A stretch of 28,450 nt of DNA from Gemmatimonadales bacterium (GTDB lineage: Bacteria; Gemmatimonadota; Gemmatimonadetes; Gemmatimonadales; GWC2-71-9): the NCBI GenBank assembly GCA_039794085.1, contig JBDIWC010000049.1, forward strand, positions 1-28,450. The letters are read 5' to 3'. Below are positions 17,213 through 25,217 of the stretch, piece by piece; the first letter of the stretch is position 1; each line of letters begins with the position of its first letter. A model generated the notes under the pieces. That model saw nothing but the letters and a program-made list of their open reading frames with translations. It was not told where the DNA came from and made no database searches. The translations under genes and the position numbers were made by a program.

Positions 17213-18522
17213 TGATGCGTCGCGGACTGCTCGCCCTGCTGCTCTCCCTTGCGGCTCCCCTCTCCGCGCGGGCGCAAGCTCCCGATCCCGCGATCAGCGC
17301 CCTGGTGGAAGGGATCAGCGCCGAACGACTCGACACCATCATCCGGGCCCTGGCGGGGTTCGGGACCCGGCACACCCTGTCCAGCACCGACTCGCCGACC
17401 CGCGGGATTGGCGCCGCCCGGCAGTGGATCCTCGACCGGTTCCGGGCGTCGAGCCCCCGGCTCGAGGTGTCGTTCGACACCTACCAGGTGGCTCAACAGG
17501 GACGGATCACGCGCGACGTGGAATTGCGCAACGTGATGGCGATCCTCCCGGGTCGCAGTCCACGCCGCATCTACGTCAGCGGCCACTACGACACGGTGGC
17601 CCGGCCCGAGGAGGGGAACACCTTCGACTGGGCCCAGGGCGATCTCCCGGCTCCGGGAGCCAACGATGATGGCAGCGGAACGGCGCTCGTGCTCGAACTC
17701 GCCCGGGTTTTTGCCAACAGCGGATTGACCTTTGATGCCACGCTGGTGTTCATCGCCTTCGCCGGCGAGGAGCAGGGGCTGGTGGGGGCGGGTCTGCACG
17801 CGGCCCGGATGGCGGCCGACAGCGTGGTGATCGATGCCGTCTTCAACAACGACATCGTGGGAGGGAAGGGAGCGGGAGACGGTCGCACCGACACCCGCGC
17901 GGTCCGGGTCTTTTCCGATGCTCCCGAGGACGGGGTCTCCCGTCAGCTTGCCCGGACGGTTCGGGAGGTCGCCGCGCGCTACGTTCCCGGACATGAGGTA
18001 CGCCTGGTGGCCCGGCTCGACCGATTCGGGCGCGGGGGCGATCACACTCCGTTTGCCCAACGGGGTTTTCCCGCGATCCGCTTCACCGAAACCCATGAGA
18101 ATTACTCCCGCCAGCACACCGTGGCGGACACCCCGGAGGGGGTGGACCCCGAGTACCTGAGGCGGAATGCGATGGTCAATGCCGCGGCGGTGGCCGAGCT
18201 CGCTCTCGCCCCGGCGGCGCCGGTGGTGTCCGCTCCCCGGCGGGGCCCGATGCTCGGACGAGGGCCGTCGGGATACGACGCGGCCCTGCGCTGGATGCCG
18301 GTGGACGGAGCGGCGGGATACCGTGTCGTGTGGCGCCGGGCCTGGAACCGGGATTGGGAGTTTTCGCGGGAAGTGCGTGGCGCGACGGAGCTCCTCCTGC
18401 CCAACGTCTCCATCGACGACTACGTGTTCGGCGTGGCCGCCATCGGCGTGAACGGGCATCAGAGCATCGTGTCGGCGTACGTGACCCCCGGGCGAGGCCT
18501 CGTGAACCCTCGCACCCGCTGA
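17209..18522 (+). CDS. Secreted M28-family metallopeptidase with C-terminal FN3-like domain
   Basis: GHYDT, GANDDGSG, AGEEQGL, NNDIVG, GGDH, QH; ATGA overlap with upstream gene. Confidence 0.9.
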   Translation: MMMRRGLLALLLSLAAPLSARAQAPDPAISALVEGISAERLDTIIRALAGFGTRHTLSSTDSPTRGIGAARQWILDRFRASSPRLEVSFDTYQVAQQGRITRDVELRNVMAILPGRSPRRIYVSGHYDTVARPEEGNTFDWAQGDLPAPGANDDGSGTALVLELARVFANSGLTFDATLVFIAFAGEEQGLVGAGLHAARMAADSVVIDAVFNNDIVGGKGAGDGRTDTRAVRVFSDAPEDGVSRQLARTVREVAARYVPGHEVRLVARLDRFGRGGDHTPFAQRGFPAIRFTETHENYSRQHTVADTPEGVDPEYLRRNAMVNAAAVAELALAPAAPVVSAPRRGPMLGRGPSGYDAALRWMPVDGAAGYRVVWRRAWNRDWEFSREVRGATELLLPNVSIDDYVFGVAAIGVNGHQSIVSAYVTPGRGLVNPRTR

Positions 18523-18537
18523 CGCCTCGATTCGTTC

Positions 18538-19164
18538 ATGGCTGACCTGGAGGTGGTTCGGGCGGAGGCGATTCAACGGCTCTGCGCAGCTCACGCGGGG
18601 GACCATATTCCCCTGGTGGTGTTCGAGGACCGGCTGGAACGCCTTCGCACCGCTGAAAGTGAAGGCACCGTGGCGGCTCTCGTGGCGGACATCGATCCGT
18701 CCGGCGAGTGGACGCAGCCGGGAACTCTTCCGGCGCGACTGGGGGCGCTGTCGCCGCTCCGCATCGCCAGCTACTTCTCGTCCACCACGCGGGCCGGTTT
18801 CTGGAGGGTTCCCGATCGCCTTGAACTCCAGATTCTCTTTGGCTCCATCCGGCTCGATCTGAGGGACGCCGATCTCATGTCGGACCTGGTGGAGATCGAG
18901 GTCTCCTCGACCCTGGGGTCCTCCGAACTGGTCGTACCCCCGGGCACCGCGATCGAGAACGAGATCGACGAGACGCTCTCGTCCTCGAGTCACAAGCGGA
19001 AGAGGGCCTCGGGGCGAGGGCCCGTCTCATCCGATCTGCTGGTTCGTCTCACGGGGCATCTCCTGCTGAGCGAGCTGGTGATCAAGGAACGGCCCCCCAC
19101 TCCGGCCGTGGACGAGGGAGGTGCTCAGAGGAAATGGTGGCGCCGCCTGATCCCGGGCGCGTGA
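18538..19164 (+). CDS. DUF1707/LiaF-like domain protein
   Basis: N-terminal R..AI.RL..A.A...I.L..FEDRLE helix hairpin; R.GFWRVP and FGSIRLDLRDA beta domain. Confidence 0.7.
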   Translation: MADLEVVRAEAIQRLCAAHAGDHIPLVVFEDRLERLRTAESEGTVAALVADIDPSGEWTQPGTLPARLGALSPLRIASYFSSTTRAGFWRVPDRLELQILFGSIRLDLRDADLMSDLVEIEVSSTLGSSELVVPPGTAIENEIDETLSSSSHKRKRASGRGPVSSDLLVRLTGHLLLSELVIKERPPTPAVDEGGAQRKWWRRLIPGA

Positions 19165-19177
19165 CGGCGCACCGATG

Positions 19178-19771
19178 TCAGAACTGGTGAGGATGCCGCG
19201 GGGTCACGCCGTCATAGCAGGCCCGAATCCGGACCATGTCGGCCTCCAGGTCGCCGGTGGGCAGGATGGGATCGCGGAAGCCGACGATCTTGCGCCGGTA
19301 ATCGAACCAGGCCGGCACGATCGGCACTCCGGCGCCCAGGGCGATGCGGTAGAATCCGGTGCGCCAGGTCGCGACCTTCTTCCGGGTGCCCTCCGGGGCG
19401 ATGGTCAGGATGAGCTTCTCGCGCTCGCGGAAGGCGGCGATGGCGCGGTCCACATGGCCCTGCCCCTGGCCCCGTTCCACGGGAATTCCCCCGAGCCATC
19501 GCAGAATCCCGCGGACCGGCCAGCGAAAGAGCGTGTGCTTGCCGAGCCAGGAGACCCGGAATCCGATGGCGAAGAGGGTGCATACCCCTATCAGGAAGTC
19601 CCAGTTGGACGTGTGTGGTGCGGCGATGATCAGGAAGCGGGGACAGTTCGGAATGGCCCCGTCCAGGCGCCACCCGGAGAGCCGGAAGGCGAGGCGCCCG
19701 AGGGCTCGGGACAGGCGATTGCCTCGGGTGGGGACCTGATCGCCCAGGGGAAGGGTCAGCGCTCTCTGCAC
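19178..19771 (-). CDS. Lysophospholipid acyltransferase (PlsC-like)
   Basis: APHTSNWD (HX4D), GGIPVER, APEGTR, GFY; start uncertain. Confidence 0.9.
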   Translation of the reverse strand: MQRALTLPLGDQVPTRGNRLSRALGRLAFRLSGWRLDGAIPNCPRFLIIAAPHTSNWDFLIGVCTLFAIGFRVSWLGKHTLFRWPVRGILRWLGGIPVERGQGQGHVDRAIAAFREREKLILTIAPEGTRKKVATWRTGFYRIALGAGVPIVPAWFDYRRKIVGFRDPILPTGDLEADMVRIRACYDGVTPRHPHQF

Positions 19772-19839
19772 CGGCCAATCATCTCCGGACCGGGGCGTGG
19801 GGTCAAGTCGTGGTCACCGGACTCCGGAGCTGCGCGCGG

Positions 19840-22758
19840 ATGAGCACCCGGATCGCCAACGGCCCCACGGCGGCTCAGGCCCGGGCGATCACCGCGCCTC
19901 CGGGTCCCCTGCTGGTCGTGGCGGGTCCCGGAGCCGGAAAGACCTTTTGCCTGATCGAGCGCATCCGCCACCTGATCCTCGAGCGGGGAATCCCGGCGGA
20001 CCGCATTTGTGCCGTGACCTACACCAACAAGGCCGCCGGCGAAATCGCCCTGCGCCTCGACGAGACGATGCCCGGGGTCTCGGCCCAGGTGCGTCGCGGA
20101 ACGGTCCATTCGGTGGCGGTCGAGATTCTGCGGGCCTGGCCCGTGGAGGCGGGTCTCGACGCCGGGTTCGGGATCGCGGATGACGCGGCCCAGATGGCCA
20201 TTCTCGACCGAATGGGGTACCACGGGAGACGGGGTCGGGCCCTCCTCGGCGCCTTCGGCCGGCATCGTCTCCGCGGCGACGACCTGGACCCCGAGGATGT
20301 TCCGGTGCTCCAGGGATATCTGTCGAGGCTGGTGCGCGGGAACCTGGTGGATTTCGACGGCATCCTGGTGCGGATGGCGGCCCTGCTCGACGAGCATCCC
20401 GGATTGGCGGAGCGGATCGCCGCCCGGTGGGACGCGATCCTGGTCGATGAGTTCCAGGATGTGAACCGTCTCCAGTACCGCATCCTGAAGCACCTGGCTC
20501 CGCACCGGCATCTCTTCGCGGTGGGTGACGATGATCAATCGATCTTTTCCTGGACCGGGGCCGATCCCGATGTGCTGACCCGCTTCCAGCGGGACTTCGG
20601 CGTGGCCGCGCCGATCATTCTCGATCGGAACCATCGGTCGAGCGTCGCGATCTTCGATCGGGCGCGCGCTCTGGTGCAGCGCAATCCCTCCCTTTTCGAC
20701 AAGGACCTGGAGGCCACGCGCGAGTCGCCTCACCCCGTGGTGGCGCTTCGTTTCCCCACCGAAAGGGACGAGGCGGCGTGGATCCTGGGGGACCTTGCCG
20801 CGGCCCGAACCCGGAATCCGTCGCTTCGCTGGGGTGACTCCGCCATTCTGTACCGGATGCACACCATCGGTGCCTTCCTCGAACGGGAACTCCTCGGGGC
20901 CGGCATCCCCTGCCGCATGGCGCGGGGCCAGGCCCTGGGGGACGACCCGATCATCGCGGTGATCCTCCGATCCCTGCGGGTCATGGGGGCGCCCGGGGAC
21001 CCCGGCGCACTCGAGGCGCTGGCTCACGCGATGTTGCCTCACGATCTCCTTCAGGAGGCGGGCCTCGCCGAGTCACCCGACCTGGTGGCCGCGCTTCGGG
21101 CGCATGCGGCGAGCCTGCCCCGAGAGGCGCCTCACCGGAGACCGGCCTGGCGCTTCGTCTATTTCGTGGAGAATCTGCGCGGCCTCCTGCGCACGGCCGG
21201 ATCGATCCGCGACGTGGTGCGGGATCTCCTCGGGCAGAACCTGGGGAAAGCGCAGGGACCGCTCGACCGTCACGCCCCCGAACTCTCCGATCCCGCCGGG
21301 TATCCCGGCGCGTCCGCCCTGGCGATCCGCCTGCGGGAGGCGAGTCTCCGGGGGAGGACCATCTGGATCGAGCCCGACCGGGGGATCGAGGCGGGTCTCC
21401 GCGCCATGCTCCACGCCCCCGACTCCGGTTACCGGCCGATGACCCTCACGCCCGAAAGCCAGCCCGACCCTGAGGACGTGGTCCTCGCCCGCGGCGATGT
21501 GGCCGACGGCGGGTGGCCGGTCCTGTTGTTCAAGGCGCTCCAGCTCGCGAGCACAGTCGAGGAGGGGTTGGGAGAGGGTGGGTACGTCACCTTCGATCTG
21601 GAAACCACCGATCTCGACATTGCGACCTGCGAAACGATCGAGATCGGGGCCGCGCGGGTGCGGCACGGACAGGTGGTGGACCGGTTTCACACGCTGGTCC
21701 GCCCCGGGGGACCGGTTTCCGAGGGGGCCACCCGGGTGCACGGGTATCGGGAGGAGCACCTGCGCGATGCTCCGCCCTTTGCCGAGGCGTGGGAGCGGTT
21801 CCGGGCTTTTGTTGGTGACGATCTGGTGGTGGCTCACAACGGGCAGGACTTCGACATTCCGGTCCTGAAACGCCAGGCGGCACCCCATGGCGGTACCGGC
21901 ACCATGGCCTTTCTCGACACCCTTCCGCTGGCCCGCGCGGTGGTGCAGGGGAGTGCGAAGCTGGAGCACCTGGCCCGCCGGTACGGGGTCGACACCGGCA
22001 CGAGCCACCACGCCCTCGACGATGCGGTCTGCCTCGCGGGCGTGTACGAGGGGCTCACGCGCGACCGCGCGCGCCGGAATCGCACCGTGGCCCTTCCTCA
22101 ACTCCTCGGGCCTCTCGGGCTCGCGCTCGCCCTGGCCAGCGCCGGCCCCGCCGACCCGGAAAAGGTGCTGCTGCGCCGGATCACGCGGGCCGCGGCTCTC
22201 GGGCCCTGGAGCCAGATGCTGGAATATTACGCGTCCTGGCGGGATCGGGAGGGGACTCCCGAGGCTCCGACCCTGCAGGTCGTGATCGAGAGGTTGGGAG
22301 GGCATCGGCTCCTGGAGAGGATCCGGGCGGAGAGGCGGCCGGAGGATCGCCATCCCGCCGCCCTGGCCCGGCTGGAGAGTCTGCTGGCACTGGTGGAGCA
22401 CCTGCCCCTGGCCGAGGCAATTCCCGAGTTGCTGGATCGCGCCGCACTGTCCACGTCGGACAGCATCGAAGCCGACCCCGACCGGGTCAACCTGCTCACC
22501 CTGCATGCCACGAAGGGATTGGAGTTTTCCACGGTCTACATCGCCGGGGTCGAGGATCTGACCATCCCCGGCGCCCGTACACTGCGGGACGCACGGGCCG
22601 CGGAGCTGCCGGAGGCACGGAGGCTCCTCTATGTCGGCATGACCCGGGCCCGGGATCGGCTGGTTCTGACCCGCACTGAAACGCGCAACGGGGAACCGGG
22701 AGGGGGGAACCTCTTTCTGGACGAGATGGGTCTCGACCCTCAGTGGGTCATGCCGTAG
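19840..22758 (+). CDS. UvrD/PcrA-family SF1A helicase with inserted DEDDh 3'-5' exonuclease domain
   Basis: AGPGAGKT, TYTNKAA, VDEFQD, VGDDDQSIF, NHRS, TLHATKGLEF, YVGMTRAR; internal FDLETT, AHNGQDFD, HHALDD. Confidence 0.9.
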   Translation: MSTRIANGPTAAQARAITAPPGPLLVVAGPGAGKTFCLIERIRHLILERGIPADRICAVTYTNKAAGEIALRLDETMPGVSAQVRRGTVHSVAVEILRAWPVEAGLDAGFGIADDAAQMAILDRMGYHGRRGRALLGAFGRHRLRGDDLDPEDVPVLQGYLSRLVRGNLVDFDGILVRMAALLDEHPGLAERIAARWDAILVDEFQDVNRLQYRILKHLAPHRHLFAVGDDDQSIFSWTGADPDVLTRFQRDFGVAAPIILDRNHRSSVAIFDRARALVQRNPSLFDKDLEATRESPHPVVALRFPTERDEAAWILGDLAAARTRNPSLRWGDSAILYRMHTIGAFLERELLGAGIPCRMARGQALGDDPIIAVILRSLRVMGAPGDPGALEALAHAMLPHDLLQEAGLAESPDLVAALRAHAASLPREAPHRRPAWRFVYFVENLRGLLRTAGSIRDVVRDLLGQNLGKAQGPLDRHAPELSDPAGYPGASALAIRLREASLRGRTIWIEPDRGIEAGLRAMLHAPDSGYRPMTLTPESQPDPEDVVLARGDVADGGWPVLLFKALQLASTVEEGLGEGGYVTFDLETTDLDIATCETIEIGAARVRHGQVVDRFHTLVRPGGPVSEGATRVHGYREEHLRDAPPFAEAWERFRAFVGDDLVVAHNGQDFDIPVLKRQAAPHGGTGTMAFLDTLPLARAVVQGSAKLEHLARRYGVDTGTSHHALDDAVCLAGVYEGLTRDRARRNRTVALPQLLGPLGLALALASAGPADPEKVLLRRITRAAALGPWSQMLEYYASWRDREGTPEAPTLQVVIERLGGHRLLERIRAERRPEDRHPAALARLESLLALVEHLPLAEAIPELLDRAALSTSDSIEADPDRVNLLTLHATKGLEFSTVYIAGVEDLTIPGARTLRDARAAELPEARRLLYVGMTRARDRLVLTRTETRNGEPGGGNLFLDEMGLDPQWVMP

Positions 22759-23176
22759 ATGAGCAGGTTGATGCCGAGCTTGTAGGCGGGCGTCGCCCAG
22801 GTCGGTGTTCCAGTTGGGACGTTGGGGACCTGGAGGATCTCGTCGATGTCGTACATGGTGTGGAGGAGGGGGTGATCGAGAGGGATGTCCACGATGGGGT
22901 ATTCGGGCAGCACCTGGCGGATCTCCTCCGCGAACGAGTCCCACTCACGCGAGCCCCAGAAGTCGTCGACGATGAGCATGCCGCCGGCGTGGGGTAATCG
23001 GTGGACCAGCTTCCGCGGCCCCGGCGGAATCCGTCGCTGTAGATGGCCCGGGTGAAGGAGAAGGCGTGCTCCGCTCCCGGGGGCACGTCATCCTGGAGCG
23101 GGGAGCGGAGAGGAGACAGGGCGGGAGAGGTGCCGGTGGTTGCCAGGAGGACCACGAGGACCACGCGCGTGATCAC
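22740..23176 (-). pseudogene. DUF4159-family gene collapsed by three internal deletions
   Basis: Collinear motif blocks FSFTRAIY..WSTDYP | GGMLIVDDFWG..QVPNV | NWNTDLGDA | AYKLGINLLIYGMTH in changing frames; RBS GGAG and signal peptide retained. Confidence 0.75.
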
Positions 23177-23203
23177 GGGTTGTTCTCCACACGAGGAGAG
23201 TGC

Positions 23204-24358
23204 ATGAGGCACCGGGGCAGATCGGGATGGACCGTGGCACGCCGGGCGCGCACCATCGCCCGTCTTCTCCTTCTGAGCACCGGAGCCGGGTGCGCCGGGA
23301 CGCCGCCCCTCGAGGTGCGCACCACTCCCTTCGCGGCGATGGTGGAGCAGCTCTCGGAACCGGGCGGGTTCTTCGACACCGACAATCTGATCTCCAATGA
23401 AACCTCCTACCTGCATGTGGTCGGGGCCTTTGCCCCGCTCGGCGTGCGTGGGGGAGCCTATGTCGGGGTCGGGCCGGACCAGAACTTCTCGTACATCGCC
23501 GCGATCCGTCCCGAGATCGCCTACCTGATAGACGTCCGTCGGGACAATCTCCTGCACCACCTTCTGTTCAAGGCCCTTTTCTCGGCGGCGGAAACCCGCA
23601 CGGAATATCTGGCCCTGTTGCTCGGGCGCGCCACCCCGCCACCCGATTCCGCGCGTGAGTCCTGGGCGGTACCGCGGATCGTGGCCTTTGTCGATTCTCT
23701 CCCGCTGGGTCCGGACACCGGCGCCGCGGCCCGCCGCCTGGTTCGCACCCGGGTCCAGGGGTTCGGACTGGACCTGTCGGAGGGTGATCTCGCCACCATC
23801 GACCGGTTCCATCGCACCTTCATTCTGTCGGGTCTCGATCTTCGGTTTACCACCTTCGGCCACCGACCCCAGCCGTATTATCCCACGTATCGCGATCTTC
23901 TGCTGGAGCGCGACCTGACCGGTGCGTACCGGAGCTTCCTCGCCGAGGAGGACTCCTATCACTTTCTCCGGAGCCTGCAGGAAACGGATCGCATCATCCC
24001 GGTGGTGGGTGATCTGGCCGGTCCTCACGCCCTGCGCGCCATCGGGGCCGACATCAGGTCCCGGGGGCTCATGACCTCGGCCCTGTACGCCTCGAACGTG
24101 GAGTTCTACCTGATGGGCGACGGGCTGTTCGGCACCTTCGCGGAGAATCTCGCGGCGCTCCCGCACGACTCCACGGCGGTGATCATCCGGAGCTACTTCG
24201 GGACCGGATTCCGGGGCCGACATCCGCAGGCCGTGCCCGGCTACTACATGACCCAGTTGCTGCAGCGGATGGACCGGATGCTGGAGGAGTGGAGGGCCGG
24301 ATCGATCCGGTCCTACGGCGACCTGGTGGTCCGCGGCTCCCTTCCGCTGGCCCCGTGA
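23204..24358 (+). CDS. Conserved hypothetical exported (lipo)protein
   Basis: GAGGAG RBS, GAGC lipobox-like; LSEPGGFFDTDNLISNE, GVGPDQNFSYI, PVVGDLAG, YASNVEFYL; typical coding bias; function unknown. Confidence 0.75.
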   Translation: MRHRGRSGWTVARRARTIARLLLLSTGAGCAGTPPLEVRTTPFAAMVEQLSEPGGFFDTDNLISNETSYLHVVGAFAPLGVRGGAYVGVGPDQNFSYIAAIRPEIAYLIDVRRDNLLHHLLFKALFSAAETRTEYLALLLGRATPPPDSARESWAVPRIVAFVDSLPLGPDTGAAARRLVRTRVQGFGLDLSEGDLATIDRFHRTFILSGLDLRFTTFGHRPQPYYPTYRDLLLERDLTGAYRSFLAEEDSYHFLRSLQETDRIIPVVGDLAGPHALRAIGADIRSRGLMTSALYASNVEFYLMGDGLFGTFAENLAALPHDSTAVIIRSYFGTGFRGRHPQAVPGYYMTQLLQRMDRMLEEWRAGSIRSYGDLVVRGSLPLAP

Positions 24359-24371
24359 TCCCCGGGAGGGC

Positions 24372-25190
24372 TCAACCGGTCTTCCGCCGTTCGGTGGTGT
24401 CGTCCGGGGGGGAGGGGGACTGGCCGAGACTGGCCCGGAGTGCCTCCATGAGGTCGAGAATCCGGGCTCCCGACGCCTCCTCGGTGGGCTGGGTGGTGAT
24501 CTCCTCCCCGTCGACCTTGCGTTGTATTGCCGCCATGACCCGTTCGCGGACCTCGTCCCGGAAGCGCTCCGGATGGAACTCGTCGGTGGCGGTCTGCTGG
24601 ATCAGTTGGCGGGCCAGCTCGAGCTCGGCCGGCTTGACCGGGGTGTCCCCCACGGGAACCTCGCTGGGGGGACGGAGTTCGTCGGCATAGTGAAGCTGTT
24701 CCATCACCAGAAGGTGGTCCAGGGGGCGGATGAGTGCCAGGTACTGGTTGCCCCGGGCGGCATACTGTCCGAGGGCCGCGCGCCCGGTGTCCCGAAGGGC
24801 CTCGGCGAGGAGGCGATAGGCGCGCTCCCCCCCCTTGTCGGGGCCGAGGTAGAAGGTCTTGTTCACATAGGACCGCTCGACCGAGTCCAACGGGACGAAC
24901 TCGGCGATGTCGATGCTGTTGGTGGCGGTTTCGTCGAGCGTCTTGAGTTCCTCGGGGGTAAACTGTACATACTTCCCCTTGGCGAACTCGTACCCCTTGA
25001 CCATCTCGTCCCGGGGGACGGTGGCCCCGTCGGCCGGGCAGATGTACTGCTGCTTGAGGCGGGATCCGCACGCCTTGTGGAGCAGGTTGAAGGAGATGGA
25101 CGCGGCCGACTCGCTCGAGGAAAAGAGCTTGACCGGGACCGACACCAGTCCAAAGGAGATCGTGGCAGAGCCGATGACGCGCGCACCCAT
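24372..25190 (-). CDS. ku: NHEJ DNA end-binding protein Ku
   Basis: ISFGLVSVPVKLF, VKGYE, FYLGP, DLMEALRASL. Confidence 0.96.
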   Translation of the reverse strand: MGARVIGSATISFGLVSVPVKLFSSSESAASISFNLLHKACGSRLKQQYICPADGATVPRDEMVKGYEFAKGKYVQFTPEELKTLDETATNSIDIAEFVPLDSVERSYVNKTFYLGPDKGGERAYRLLAEALRDTGRAALGQYAARGNQYLALIRPLDHLLVMEQLHYADELRPPSEVPVGDTPVKPAELELARQLIQQTATDEFHPERFRDEVRERVMAAIQRKVDGEEITTQPTEEASGARILDLMEALRASLGQSPSPPDDTTERRKTG

Positions 25191-25217
25191 GTGGCAAAAC
25201 TATAGGGTTTCCTGAGC
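25191..25217. promoter_or_regulatory. Overlapping bidirectional -10 elements for leaderless ku and ligD
   Basis: 27-bp gap without SD; TATAGT (minus, 25199-25204) 8 nt before ku ATG; TAGGGT (plus, 25203-25208) 9 nt before ligD ATG. Confidence 0.5.

Noticed and set aside
17062..22944. Long antisense ORFs (17062-18993, 21073-22944 and similar)
   Set aside because: Shadow ORFs expected from high-GC codon bias opposite well-supported genes; only the NWNTDLGDA fragment is meaningful
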